Assembly: GCF_003334815.1 (NCBI RefSeq)
Contig: NZ_QOWO01000029.1
From: Escherichia coli
GTDB lineage: Bacteria > Pseudomonadota > Gammaproteobacteria > Enterobacterales > Enterobacteriaceae
DNA: 52,109 nucleotides
Reading direction: 5' to 3' (one strand)
Below the pieces are notes generated by a model. That model saw nothing but the letters and a program-made list of their open reading frames with translations. It had not been told where the DNA came from and did no database searches. Shown here piece after piece: positions 8,981-20,620 of this stretch. The translations under genes were made by a program, and so were the position numbers. How positions within the stretch are numbered: position 1 is the stretch's first letter; every line of letters starts with the position of its first letter.

Positions 8981-10114
8981 ATGTCATCACTGAATATTAA
9001 ACAGGGAAGTGACGCTCATTTTCCCGATTATCCTCTGGCGTCGCCCAGTAATAATGAAATTGATTTACTTAATCTAATCTCAGTTTTATGGCGGGCCAAA
9101 AAAACGGTCATGGCGGTCGTTTTTGCGTTTGCCTGCGCAGGCTTGCTGATCTCTTTCATCCTGCCGCAAAAATGGACCAGCGCGGCGGTTGTCACGCCTC
9201 CAGAACCTGTTCAGTGGCAAGAGTTGGAGAAATCATTCACTAAGCTTCGTGTGCTGGATCTGGATATCAAAATTGATCGTACAGAAGCATTTAACCTGTT
9301 TATCAAGAAGTTTCAGTCGGTTAGCTTGCTGGAAGAGTACCTGCGTTCATCACCTTATGTGATGGACCAATTAAAAGAGGCGAAAATCGACGAACTGGAT
9401 TTGCATCGCGCAATTGTCGCATTGAGCGAAAAAATGAAAGCGGTTGATGACAATGCCAGTAAGAAAAAAGATGAACCGTCACTGTATACCTCCTGGACGC
9501 TAAGTTTTACCGCGCCAACCAGTGAAGAGGCGCAGACCGTTTTGAGCGGGTATATCGATTATATCTCTACGTTGGTGGTGAAAGAGTCGCTAGAAAACGT
9601 CCGTAATAAACTGGAGATCAAAACCCAGTTTGAAAAAGAAAAACTGGCTCAGGATCGCATTAAAACGAAAAATCAACTTGATGCAAACATTCAGCGCCTC
9701 AATTATTCACTCGACATTGCCAACGCGGCAGGAATTAAAAAGCTCGTTTACAGTAATGGTCAGGCCGTTAAAGATGACCCCGATTTTTCTATTTCTCTCG
9801 GTGCAGACGGTATTGAACGCAAACTGGAAATAGAAAAAGCGGTCACTGACGTTGCGGAACTGAACGGTGAATTACGTAATCGGCAGTATCTTGTCGAGCA
9901 ATTAACAAAAGCACATGTCAACGATGTGAATTTTACGCCGTTTAAATATCAGTTAAGCCCGTCATTGCCAGTGAAAAAAGACGGTCCGGGTAAGGCGATT
10001 ATTGTGATCCTTTCCGCGTTGATCGGCGGGATGGTGGCTTGTGGTGGCGTGCTGTTGCGCTATGCGATGGCATCCAGAAAACAGGATGCCATGATGGCAG
10101 ACCACTTAGTTTAA
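8981..10114 (+). CDS. fepE: Wzz-like polysaccharide co-polymerase family protein (377 aa)
   Basis: Track ORF of the expected length and position, with an N-terminal transmembrane segment. Confidence 0.85.
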   Translation: MSSLNIKQGSDAHFPDYPLASPSNNEIDLLNLISVLWRAKKTVMAVVFAFACAGLLISFILPQKWTSAAVVTPPEPVQWQELEKSFTKLRVLDLDIKIDRTEAFNLFIKKFQSVSLLEEYLRSSPYVMDQLKEAKIDELDLHRAIVALSEKMKAVDDNASKKKDEPSLYTSWTLSFTAPTSEEAQTVLSGYIDYISTLVVKESLENVRNKLEIKTQFEKEKLAQDRIKTKNQLDANIQRLNYSLDIANAAGIKKLVYSNGQAVKDDPDFSISLGADGIERKLEIEKAVTDVAELNGELRNRQYLVEQLTKAHVNDVNFTPFKYQLSPSLPVKKDGPGKAIIVILSALIGGMVACGGVLLRYAMASRKQDAMMADHLV

Positions 10115-10926
10115 CTATTTGCGGTTGAAGGTGCCGTTCGTCCGAGCGGCACCACAAGCGGCGTTCCGGCAACTGGATCGTCAATGATCATGCAGCGCAG
10201 ACCATAAATGCGCTCAATCAGTTCAGCAGTGACAATCTCCTTCGGCGCTCCCTGAGCAACAATTTTCCCTTCCCGCAATGCAATCAAATGGCTGGCGTAA
10301 CGACAGGCCTGATTAAGATCGTGCAGCACCGCCGCCAGGGTATAGCCTTTTTCGCGGTTCAGTTCGCTTAACAACTCCAGCAAATCAATCTGATGACTGA
10401 TATCCAGCCAGGTCGTGGGTTCGTCGAGCAGCATAATTGCCGTTTCCTGGGCCAGCACCATCGCGATCCACGCTCGCTGGCGTTGTCCGCCAGAAAGGGT
10501 ATCCACGCTTTGATCTGCCAGATGAGTTATTCCCGTGGCCTGCATTGCTTTCGTTACCGCTTCTTCATCCTCTTTGCGCCAGCGGGTAAACAGCGGTTGA
10601 TGCGGATAACGTCCACGCGCCACCAGCTCCTGCACGGTGATATCGCCCGGCGTGGTAGCATTTTGCGCCAACAGACCAATCCGGCGTGCAACCTCTTTAC
10701 TGGCGTAATGTTGAATGTGCTCGCCATCCAGCCAGACATGCCCATGAGCAGGCGTCATCAGGCGGCTTAAGGTACGCAGTAACGTGGATTTACCGCAGCC
10801 ATTTGGCCCGATAATTGCCGTGAAGTGACCATCAGGTATTTCTACAGTCAGATTTTCCGCAACGGTATATTTGCCATATCCCAGGGTTAACTGTTCGCCG
10901 CGCAAACGGGCTACTGATTCGGTCAT
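10111..10926 (-). CDS. fepC: Ferric enterobactin ABC transporter ATPase (271 aa)
   Basis: Walker A GPNGCGKST and ABC signature LSGGQRQR. Start placed at MTESVARLRGEQL. Its stop overlaps the convergent fepE stop. Confidence 0.92.
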   Translation of the reverse strand: MTESVARLRGEQLTLGYGKYTVAENLTVEIPDGHFTAIIGPNGCGKSTLLRTLSRLMTPAHGHVWLDGEHIQHYASKEVARRIGLLAQNATTPGDITVQELVARGRYPHQPLFTRWRKEDEEAVTKAMQATGITHLADQSVDTLSGGQRQRAWIAMVLAQETAIMLLDEPTTWLDISHQIDLLELLSELNREKGYTLAAVLHDLNQACRYASHLIALREGKIVAQGAPKEIVTAELIERIYGLRCMIIDDPVAGTPLVVPLGRTAPSTANS

Positions 10927-11915
10927 TTTTTGCGAGACTCCTGAATTAACAAGACGATAAGGTAAATACCGCCGAGGCTGACGGTAACGACGCCAACCGG
11001 AAGTTGATACGGCATAAACAGTTGTTGGGCGCAGAGATCGGCCGCCAGCAGTAACAGCGCCCCGCATAGCGCCGCCTGGGTTAGCCCCCAGCGAGCGGTG
11101 CCGCTAATGCGTCGGGCAATGTGCGGTGCGACTAAAGCAATAAAGGAAATCGGCCCGGCAAGCGCTGTTGCCGCAGCGGTAAGCACCACTGCAACCAGCA
11201 TCATTAACAGACGCGAACGTTCGACGCTGACGCCCAGCGCACACGCGGTATCATCGCCCATTTCCAGCAAGCGCATCCGGCGTACCAGTAAGGCGGCGGC
11301 AATGAGCATCAATATAATGATGGGTGCGGAAGGCGAGGTTTTTGCCCACGTCAGGCCGTTGAGCGATCCGGCATTCCACAAACCTGCTGTTAGCGCCGTT
11401 TCTAAAGACGCTTTCAGCAACAGCCAGGTATTAAAGGCCACCAGCATGGCGCGAACGCCGATACCGATAATAATCAACCGAAAGGTGTCGATGCCGTTGC
11501 GCCAGGCGAGCAGCCAGACCAGCAGCGAAGTGACAATGCCGCCCACCATTGCTGACAGCGCGATAGCCGTCAGGTCCTGACCAAACAGCACCATCGCCAC
11601 CAGCACGCCGCTCCACGCCCCGGTGTTAAAGCCCATTACGTCAGGGCTGCCGAGCGGGTTACGCATCAGCGACTGAAAAATCGCGCCACTGACGCCCAGT
11701 GCTGCGCCAATCAACAGCGCCATCAGCACGCGTGGTAAACGCCATTCGGTGACCACCATCGTCATACTGCGCGGCGCATCGCCCATCAGCGCGGCGAATA
11801 CCTGCGAGGTTTCCAGCGTGACGGCACCGCTGCGTAATCCCCAGATACCTGCAACCACACAGGCGGAAACCAGCAGCAAACAGGTGATGAGTAATCGGCG
11901 AGAGACGTAAATCAT
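10923..11915 (-). CDS. fepG: Ferric enterobactin ABC transporter permease (330 aa)
   Basis: Polytopic membrane ORF of the FecCD family, 4-nt overlap with fepC. Confidence 0.9.
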   Translation of the reverse strand: MIYVSRRLLITCLLLVSACVVAGIWGLRSGAVTLETSQVFAALMGDAPRSMTMVVTEWRLPRVLMALLIGAALGVSGAIFQSLMRNPLGSPDVMGFNTGAWSGVLVAMVLFGQDLTAIALSAMVGGIVTSLLVWLLAWRNGIDTFRLIIIGIGVRAMLVAFNTWLLLKASLETALTAGLWNAGSLNGLTWAKTSPSAPIIILMLIAAALLVRRMRLLEMGDDTACALGVSVERSRLLMMLVAVVLTAAATALAGPISFIALVAPHIARRISGTARWGLTQAALCGALLLLAADLCAQQLFMPYQLPVGVVTVSLGGIYLIVLLIQESRKK

Positions 11916-12916
11916 GCACCACCTCGCGTTTTACGTCGCACGAGGAAGATCAGCACCGGTGCACCAATAAACGCACTGACCACAGAAACGCGCAGTTCGC
12001 CGGGCACAATCACCCGCCCGATGATATCGGCAAACAGCAGCAGGGCAGGGGTAGCAAGTAGCGTGACGGGCAGCGACCAGCGATGATCGGCACCCACCAG
12101 CCAACGCGCCATATGCGGCATCATCAGGCCAATAAAGGCAATCGGGCCAACTATTGCCGTCGCACTACCACAAAGCACGGTAATCGCCAGCAGACCAATC
12201 AACTGTGTGCGCGCCACGCGACTGCCCAGCGCCGTCGCGGTGTCGCTGCCGAGGCTCAAACTGTTCAGCGCGCGACTCAGTAATAGCGCAGTTGCTCCGG
12301 CGATCAGCACCGGGATCAGCACCACTTTTAAGGTATGTAGATTGCGAATATCCAGCGAACCGGCTTGCCAGAAACGCAACTGATCGTAGACGTCAGGATT
12401 AAGCAGGGCGATGCCGCTGGTCAGTCCTTCCAGCACCGCCGCCAGCGCCACGCCCGCCAGGGTTAAACGCACCGGACTTAACTGCCCGCCGCCCTGACTG
12501 CCGGTAAAGGCAACAATCAATGAGGCCACCAGCGCCCCGGCGAAGGCCATCGCCAGTTGTTCCTGCGCGGAAGAGTAACCAAACAGCGCCGCACCCAGCA
12601 CAATGGCAAAGCTGGCTCCGGCGTTCACGCCAAGCAAGCCGGGGTCGGCAAGTGGGTTTCGGGTGAGGGTTTGCATTAACGCCCCGGCAAGGCCAAGCGC
12701 GCCGCCTGCCAGTAAACCGGCAAGGGTACGCGGCAGCCGCGCGTCGAGCACGATGGTGCAGTCGGCGCTCTGGCAGGTGCCGGAGAAGGCCTCCAGCACT
12801 ACGGAAGCGGGGAGTGATTTTGCCCCAATGAGCAGGCTTAATGCCGTCGCGATAATCAGTAATAACAGCAATCCGGGCACGGCAATGGCGCGTGTCACGG
12901 CAACAGAACCAGACAT
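11912..12916 (-). CDS. fepD: Ferric enterobactin ABC transporter permease (334 aa)
   Basis: Polytopic membrane ORF overlapping fepG by 4 nt. Start chosen at MSGSVAV; an in-frame ATG four codons upstream (12928) is an alternative. Confidence 0.88.
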   Translation of the reverse strand: MSGSVAVTRAIAVPGLLLLLIIATALSLLIGAKSLPASVVLEAFSGTCQSADCTIVLDARLPRTLAGLLAGGALGLAGALMQTLTRNPLADPGLLGVNAGASFAIVLGAALFGYSSAQEQLAMAFAGALVASLIVAFTGSQGGGQLSPVRLTLAGVALAAVLEGLTSGIALLNPDVYDQLRFWQAGSLDIRNLHTLKVVLIPVLIAGATALLLSRALNSLSLGSDTATALGSRVARTQLIGLLAITVLCGSATAIVGPIAFIGLMMPHMARWLVGADHRWSLPVTLLATPALLLFADIIGRVIVPGELRVSVVSAFIGAPVLIFLVRRKTRGGA

Positions 12917-12927
12917 ACGAACTTCCA

Positions 12928-12955
12928 TGATAATGAAATTAATTATCGTTATCGA
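12928..12955. promoter_or_regulatory. Fur box in the divergent fepD/entS promoter
   Basis: gataatgaaattaattatcgttatc is a close match to the Fur consensus. Confidence 0.65.
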
Positions 12956-13026
12956 TCTTATTTGGATATGTTAGCATGTGCAGCCTAAGAATAGGTATTT
13001 AAAATATTTGATGGCAAGGCATTGTA

Positions 13027-14277
13027 ATGAATAAACAATCCTGGCTGCTTAACCTCAGCCTGTTGAAAACGCACCCGGCGTTTCGCGCAGTATTCCTCGC
13101 TCGTTTCATCTCAATTGTGTCTCTGGGTTTGCTCGGCGTCGCGGTGCCGGTGCAGATCCAGATGATGACACATTCCACCTGGCAGGTGGGGCTTTCGGTG
13201 ACGCTGACCGGCGGCGCGATGTTTGTTGGCCTGATGGTCGGCGGTGTGCTGGCGGATCGCTATGAGCGCAAAAAAGTGATTTTGCTGGCGCGCGGCACCT
13301 GTGGCATTGGCTTCATTGGACTGTGCCTTAATGCACTGCTGCCGGAGCCGTCATTGCTGGCAATCTATTTACTTGGTTTATGGGATGGTTTTTTCGCATC
13401 GCTTGGCGTTACGGCGCTATTGGCGGCGACACCAGCACTGGTAGGGCGTGAAAACTTAATGCAGGCCGGGGCGATCACCATGTTGACCGTGCGTCTGGGG
13501 TCGGTGATTTCGCCCATGATTGGCGGTTTATTGCTGGCGACCGGTGGCGTAGCCTGGAACTACGGGCTGGCGGCGGCGGGCACGTTTATTACCTTGCTAC
13601 CGTTGTTAAGCCTTCCGGCGTTGCCACCGCCACCGCAGCCGCGTGAGCATCCGTTGAAATCATTACTGGCAGGATTTCGTTTTCTGCTTGCCAGCCCGCT
13701 GGTGGGCGGGATTGCGCTGCTGGGTGGTTTATTGACGATGGCGAGCGCGGTGCGGGTACTGTATCCGGCGCTGGCTGACAACTGGCAGATGTCAGCGGCA
13801 CAGATTGGTTTTCTCTACGCGGCGATCCCGCTCGGCGCGGCTATTGGTGCGTTAACCAGCGGGAAGCTGGCACATAGTGCGCGACCAGGGTTATTGATGC
13901 TGCTCTCCACGCTGGGATCGTTCCTCGCCATTGGTCTGTTTGGCCTGATGCCGATGTGGATTTTAGGCGTGGTTTGTCTGGCGCTGTTCGGCTGGTTGAG
14001 TGCGGTCAGCTCGTTGCTGCAATACACAATGCTGCAAACGCAAACCCCGGAAGCGATGTTAGGGCGGATTAACGGTTTGTGGACGGCGCAGAACGTGACG
14101 GGCGATGCCATAGGCGCGGCGCTGCTGGGTGGTTTGGGCGCGATGATGACACCGGTTGCTTCCGCAAGCGCGAGCGGTTTTGGTTTGTTGATTATCGGCG
14201 TGTTGTTATTGCTGGTGCTGGTGGAGTTGCGACATTTTCGCCAGACGCCGCCGCAGGTGACAGCGTCCGACAGTTAA
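13027..14277 (+). CDS. entS: Enterobactin exporter, MFS transporter (416 aa)
   Basis: Twelve-helix-like hydrophobic ORF in the expected position and length. Confidence 0.9.
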   Translation: MNKQSWLLNLSLLKTHPAFRAVFLARFISIVSLGLLGVAVPVQIQMMTHSTWQVGLSVTLTGGAMFVGLMVGGVLADRYERKKVILLARGTCGIGFIGLCLNALLPEPSLLAIYLLGLWDGFFASLGVTALLAATPALVGRENLMQAGAITMLTVRLGSVISPMIGGLLLATGGVAWNYGLAAAGTFITLLPLLSLPALPPPPQPREHPLKSLLAGFRFLLASPLVGGIALLGGLLTMASAVRVLYPALADNWQMSAAQIGFLYAAIPLGAAIGALTSGKLAHSARPGLLMLLSTLGSFLAIGLFGLMPMWILGVVCLALFGWLSAVSSLLQYTMLQTQTPEAMLGRINGLWTAQNVTGDAIGAALLGGLGAMMTPVASASASGFGLLIIGVLLLLVLVELRHFRQTPPQVTASDS

Positions 14278-14280
14278 TGC

Positions 14281-15237
14281 TTAAAACAGCGCCTTAAGCC
14301 TATCCAGCACTTGCATGGCGCTGTAGTAATCCAGACGGAACGTCTCGGTTCCCAGCGCATAAACCTGCTTGTTTTGTACTGCAGGCAGGTGCGCGAGCAG
14401 CGGATTAGCATAAATAGCATCGGCATCTTTCTGATCACCGGCGAACAGGAATAGTGACTCGCCATTTAACCCTGCAGCCAGATTTTCCCCACCAAGCTGA
14501 ATGATGTCATGGCGTTTACCCTGACTTTGGCTGGCATTTAACCCTGCGGGTAACTTCGCCAGCGTAAAGCCGAGTTGTTCCAGCATCTGCCCTTGTGCTG
14601 ATTCTGGCGTCCAGAGATTGGCACTGTGTGCAGCGGCAGTATAGACAATGGCAGTGACCGGCTGCGGCGGTAATTTGATTTGCTCTTTCGCCGCCGCCAG
14701 TTGCTTATCAAACTGCGCAATCCGCTCTGCCGCTTGTTTCTCATGCCCGGTAATTTCGCCAAGTTGCGTTAACAGCGACTGCCAGCTTTTGTCGTCGTAA
14801 TTGATGATTAATGTCGGGGCGATGGTGGAAAGCTGATCATACAGTGCCAGCGCCGAATCCCCGCCGGTTGCGCTAATTAAAATCAGATCCGGCATTTGCG
14901 CGGCAACGGCTTCGGCGCTCGGTTCGCCGATATAGAGCCGTTGCAGTTTGCGTTCTTTCGCCACCTTGCTCCACTGGCGTAAAAAGCCCTGGTCATCCGC
15001 GACGCGGTTATTCGGCGTGGTCGCGCCGCTGGCGATCACCGGAGCATCAATCGCCAGCAGTGAGCCGGTCAGGGTGACGCTGGTGGAAACAATACGCTGC
15101 GGCTGGCTTTCCAGTGTATGTGTGCCACGGCTGTCAGTAATCTGACGCGGCCAGTCAGCGGCCTGAACTGCGGCTATTCCTGAAAGCAAAAGTCCTGTTA
15201 ATAGAAGGGCGTTGCGGTAGAGCGGGGCGAGTCTCAC
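14281..15237 (-). CDS. fepB: Periplasmic ferric enterobactin binding protein (318 aa)
   Basis: Signal peptide followed by a periplasmic binding protein fold. Only 3 nt separate it from the convergent entS stop. Confidence 0.9.
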
Positions 15238-15302
15238 AAATCAGCTTCCTGTTATTAATAAGGTTAAGGGCGTAATGACAAATTCGACAAAGCGCACAAT
15301 CC

Positions 15303-15342
15303 GTCCCCTCGCCCCTTTGGGGAGAGGGTTAGGGTGAGGGGA
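15303..15342. repeat. GC-rich small intergenic repeat, copy A, in the fepB leader
   Basis: gtcccctcgcccctttggggagagggttagggtgagggga. A degenerate inverted copy lies at 15367-15406 and a close inverted copy at 22775-22816. Confidence 0.55.
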
Positions 15343-15366
15343 ACAGCCAGCACTGGTGCGAACATT

Positions 15367-15406
15367 AACCCTCACCCCAGCCCTCACCCTGGAAGGGAGA
15401 GGGGGC
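15367..15406. repeat. GC-rich small intergenic repeat, degenerate inverted copy B, in the fepB leader
   Basis: aaccctcaccccagccctcaccctggaagggagagggggc is partly complementary to copy A, so the pair could fold into a long stem in the fepB 5' UTR. Confidence 0.45.
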
Positions 15407-15562
15407 AGAACGGCGCAGGACATCACATTGCGCTTATGCGAATCCATCAATAATGCTTCTCATTTTCATTGTAACCACAACCAGATGCAACCCCGAGTTG
15501 CAGATTGCGTTACCTCAAGAGTTGACATAGTGCGCGTTTGCTTTTAGGTTAGCGACCGAAAA

Positions 15563-15585
15563 TATAAATGATAATCATTATTAAA
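15563..15585. promoter_or_regulatory. Fur box in the divergent fepB/entC promoter
   Basis: ataaatgataatcattatt is a near-perfect match to GATAATGATAATCATTATC, about 30 bp upstream of entC. Confidence 0.75.
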
Positions 15586-15611
15586 GCCTTTATCATTTTG
15601 TGGAGGATGAT

Positions 15612-16787
15612 ATGGATACGTCACTGGCTGAGGAAGTACAGCAGACCATGGCAACACTTGCGCCCAATCGCTTTTTCTTTATGTCGCCGTACCGCAGTTT
15701 TACGACGTCAGGATGTTTCGCCCGCTTCGATGAACCGGCTGTGAACGGGGATTCGCCCGACAGTCCCTTCCAGCAAAAACTCGCCGCGCTGTTTGCCGAT
15801 GCCAAAGCGCAGGGCATCAAAAATCCGGTGATGGTCGGGGCGATTCCCTTCGATCCACGTCAGCCTTCGTCGCTGTATATTCCTGAATCCTGGCAGTCGT
15901 TCTCCCGTCAGGAAAAACAAGCTTCCGCACGCCGTTTCACCCGCAGCCAGTCGCTGAATGTGGTGGAACGCCAGGCAATTCCGGAGCAAACCACGTTTGA
16001 ACAGATGGTTGCCCGCGCCGCCGCACTTACCGCCACGCCGCAGGTCGACAAAGTGGTGTTGTCACGGTTGATTGATATCACCACTGACGCCGCCATTGAT
16101 AGTGGCGTATTGCTGGAACGGTTGATTGCGCAAAACCCGGTTAGTTACAACTTCCATGTTCCGCTGGCTGATGGTGGCGTCCTGCTGGGGGCCAGCCCGG
16201 AACTGCTGCTACGTAAAGACGGCGAGCGTTTTAGCTCCATTCCGTTAGCCGGTTCCGCGCGTCGTCAGCCGGATGAAGTGCTCGATCGCGAAGCAGGTAA
16301 TCGTCTGCTGGCGTCAGAAAAAGATCGCCATGAACATGAACTGGTGACTCAGGCGATGAAAGAGGTACTGCGCGAACGCAGTAGTGAGTTACACGTTCCT
16401 TCTTCTCCACAGCTGATCACCACGCCGACGCTGTGGCATCTCGCAACTCCCTTTGAAGGTAAAGCGAATTCGCAAGAAAACGCACTGACTCTGGCCTGTC
16501 TGCTGCATCCGACCCCCGCGCTGAGCGGTTTCCCGCATCAGGCCGCGACCCAGGTTATTGCTGAACTGGAACCGTTCGACCGCGAACTGTTTGGCGGCAT
16601 TGTGGGTTGGTGTGACAGCGAAGGTAACGGCGAATGGGTGGTGACCATCCGCTGCGCGAAGCTGCGGGAAAATCAGGTGCGTCTGTTTGCCGGAGCGGGG
16701 ATTGTGCCTGCGTCGTCACCGTTGGGTGAGTGGCGCGAAACAGGCGTCAAACTTTCTACCATGTTGAACGTTTTTGGATTGCATTAA
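15612..16787 (+). CDS. entC: Isochorismate synthase (391 aa)
   Basis: Chorismate-binding enzyme family. Start placed at [11 protein letters not shown]. Confidence 0.92.
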
Positions 16788-16796
16788 GGAGCGAGG

Positions 16797-18407
16797 ATGA
16801 GCATTCCATTCACCCGCTGGCCGGAAGAGTTTGCCCGTCGCTATCGGGAAAAAGGCTACTGGCAGGATTTGCCGCTGACCGACATTCTGACGCGACATGC
16901 TGCGAGTGACAGCATCGCGGTTATCGACGGCGAGCGACAGTTGAGTTATCGGGAGCTGAATCAGGCGGCGGATAACCTCGCGTGTAGTTTACGCCGTCAG
17001 GGCATTAAACCTGGTGAAACCGCGCTGGTACAACTGGGTAACGTCGCTGAATTGTATATTACCTTTTTCGCGCTGCTGAAACTGGGCGTTGCGCCGGTGC
17101 TGGCGTTGTTCAGCCATCAGCGTAGTGAACTGAACGCCTATGCCAGCCAGATTGAACCCGCATTGCTGATTGCCGATCGCCAACATGCGCTGTTTAGCGG
17201 GGATGATTTCCTCAATACTTTCGTCACAGAACATTCCTCCATTCGCGTGGTGCAACTGCTCAACGACAGCGGTGAGCATAACTTGCAGGATGCGATTAAC
17301 CATCCGGCTGAGGATTTTACTGCCACGCCATCACCTGCTGATGAAGTGGCCTATTTCCAGCTTTCCGGTGGCACCACCGGCACACCGAAACTGATCCCGC
17401 GCACTCATAACGACTACTACTACAGCGTGCGTCGTAGCGTCGAGATTTGTCAGTTCACACAACAGACACGCTACCTGTGCGCGATCCCGGCGGCTCATAA
17501 CTACGCCATGAGTTCGCCAGGATCGCTGGGCGTCTTTCTTGCCGGAGGAACGGTTGTTCTGGCGGCCGATCCCAGCGCCACGCTCTGTTTCCCATTGATT
17601 GAAAAACATCAGGTTAACGTTACCGCGCTGGTGCCACCCGCAGTCAGCCTGTGGTTGCAGGCGCTGATCGAAGGCGAAAGCCGGGCGCAGCTTGCCTCGC
17701 TGAAACTGTTACAGGTCGGCGGCGCACGTCTTTCTGCCACCCTTGCGGCGCGTATTCCCGCTGAGATTGGCTGTCAGTTGCAGCAGGTGTTTGGCATGGC
17801 GGAAGGGCTGGTGAACTACACCCGACTTGATGATAGCGCGGAGAAAATTATCCATACCCAGGGTTACCCAATGTGTCCGGATGACGAAGTATGGGTTGCC
17901 GATGCCGAAGGAAATCCACTGCCGCAAGGGGAAGTCGGACGCCTGATGACGCGCGGGCCGTACACCTTCCGCGGCTATTACAAAAGTCCACAGCACAATG
18001 CCAGCGCCTTTGATGCCAACGGTTTTTACTGTTCCGGCGATCTGATCTCTATTGATCCAGAGGGTTACATCACCGTGCAGGGGCGCGAGAAAGATCAGAT
18101 TAACCGTGGCGGCGAGAAGATCGCTGCCGAAGAGATCGAAAACCTGCTGCTGCGCCACCCGGCGGTGATCTACGCCGCACTGGTGAGCATGGAAGATGAG
18201 CTGATGGGCGAAAAAAGCTGCGCTTATCTGGTGGTAAAAGAGCCGCTGCGCGCGGTGCAGGTGCGTCGTTTCCTGCGTGAACAGGGTATTGCCGAATTTA
18301 AATTACCGGATCGCGTGGAGTGTGTGGATTCACTTCCGCTGACGGCGGTCGGGAAAGTCGATAAAAAACAATTACGTCAGTGGCTGGCGTCACGCGCATC
18401 AGCCTGA
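16797..18407 (+). CDS. entE: 2,3-dihydroxybenzoate-AMP ligase (536 aa)
   Basis: AMP-binding motif SGGTTGTPK and the adenylate-forming enzyme fold. Confidence 0.95.
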   Translation: MSIPFTRWPEEFARRYREKGYWQDLPLTDILTRHAASDSIAVIDGERQLSYRELNQAADNLACSLRRQGIKPGETALVQLGNVAELYITFFALLKLGVAPVLALFSHQRSELNAYASQIEPALLIADRQHALFSGDDFLNTFVTEHSSIRVVQLLNDSGEHNLQDAINHPAEDFTATPSPADEVAYFQLSGGTTGTPKLIPRTHNDYYYSVRRSVEICQFTQQTRYLCAIPAAHNYAMSSPGSLGVFLAGGTVVLAADPSATLCFPLIEKHQVNVTALVPPAVSLWLQALIEGESRAQLASLKLLQVGGARLSATLAARIPAEIGCQLQQVFGMAEGLVNYTRLDDSAEKIIHTQGYPMCPDDEVWVADAEGNPLPQGEVGRLMTRGPYTFRGYYKSPQHNASAFDANGFYCSGDLISIDPEGYITVQGREKDQINRGGEKIAAEEIENLLLRHPAVIYAALVSMEDELMGEKSCAYLVVKEPLRAVQVRRFLREQGIAEFKLPDRVECVDSLPLTAVGKVDKKQLRQWLASRASA

Positions 18408-18420
18408 AGGAGAGAACACG

Positions 18421-19277
18421 ATGGCTATTCCAAAATTACAGGCTTACGCACTGCCGGAGTCTCACGATATTCCGCAGAATAAAGTTGACTGGGCCTTTGA
18501 ACCGCAACGTGCCGCGTTGTTAATCCATGATATGCAGGACTATTTTGTCAGCTTCTGGGGCGAGAACTGCCCGATGATGGAGCAGGTGATCGCGAATATT
18601 GCTGCGCTGCGCGACTACTGCAAACAGCACAATATCCCGGTTTATTACACCGCCCAGCCGAAAGAGCAGAGCGATGAAGATCGGGCGCTGTTGAATGATA
18701 TGTGGGGGCCGGGCCTGACCCGCTCGCCGGAACAGCAAAAGGTGGTGGATCGCCTGACGCCAGATGCCGACGACACGGTGCTGGTGAAGTGGCGCTACAG
18801 CGCGTTTCATCGTTCTCCGCTGGAGCAAATGCTGAAAGAGAGTGGACGTAACCAGCTGATTATTACCGGGGTATATGCCCACATTGGCTGTATGACCACC
18901 GCAACCGACGCATTTATGCGCGATATTAAACCGTTTATGGTGGCGGATGCGCTGGCCGATTTCAGCCGTGACGAGCATTTGATGTCGCTGAAATATGTGG
19001 CCGGACGTTCTGGCCGGGTGGTGATGACTGAAGAATTACTGCCAGCACCTATCCCCGCCAGCAAAGCGGCGCTGCGTGAGGTGATCCTGCCGTTGCTGGA
19101 CGAGTCCGATGAACCGTTCGATGACGACAACCTGATCGACTACGGTCTGGATTCGGTGCGCATGATGGCGCTGGCGGCGCGCTGGCGCAAAGTGCATGGT
19201 GATATCGACTTTGTCATGCTGGCGAAAAACCCGACCATCGACGCCTGGTGGAAGCTACTCTCCCGCGAGGTGAAATA

Positions 19278-19278
<1 letters not shown>
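18421..19278 (+). CDS. entB: Isochorismatase / aryl carrier protein (285 aa)
   Basis: N-terminal isochorismatase domain and C-terminal carrier motif DYGLDSVRMMAL. Confidence 0.95.
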
Positions 19279-20440
<1,162 letters not shown>

Positions 20441-20620
20441 ACCCGACAGAATTAGATGAGATTGCAGGAAAACTCGGTTAACGGAGTGATCGAGTTAACA
20501 TTGTTAAGTTAAATATTGGTTTCAACTCCGATTTACATGGTTGCTGTGTTGTTAAATTGTACAAAGATGTTATAGAAACAAAATGTAACATCTCTATGGA
20601 CACGCACACGGATAACAACT

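Noticed and set aside
15241-15450. 69-aa ORF in the fepB leader
   Set aside because: Its sequence (…PNPLPKGARG…) is just the translation of the GC-rich inverted repeats; better explained as a repeat or RNA structure.
20441-20620. CRP site in the cstA promoter (gtgatcgagttaaca)
   Set aside because: Only a partial match to TGTGA-N6-TCACA; plausible from known cstA biology but too weak to call from sequence alone.
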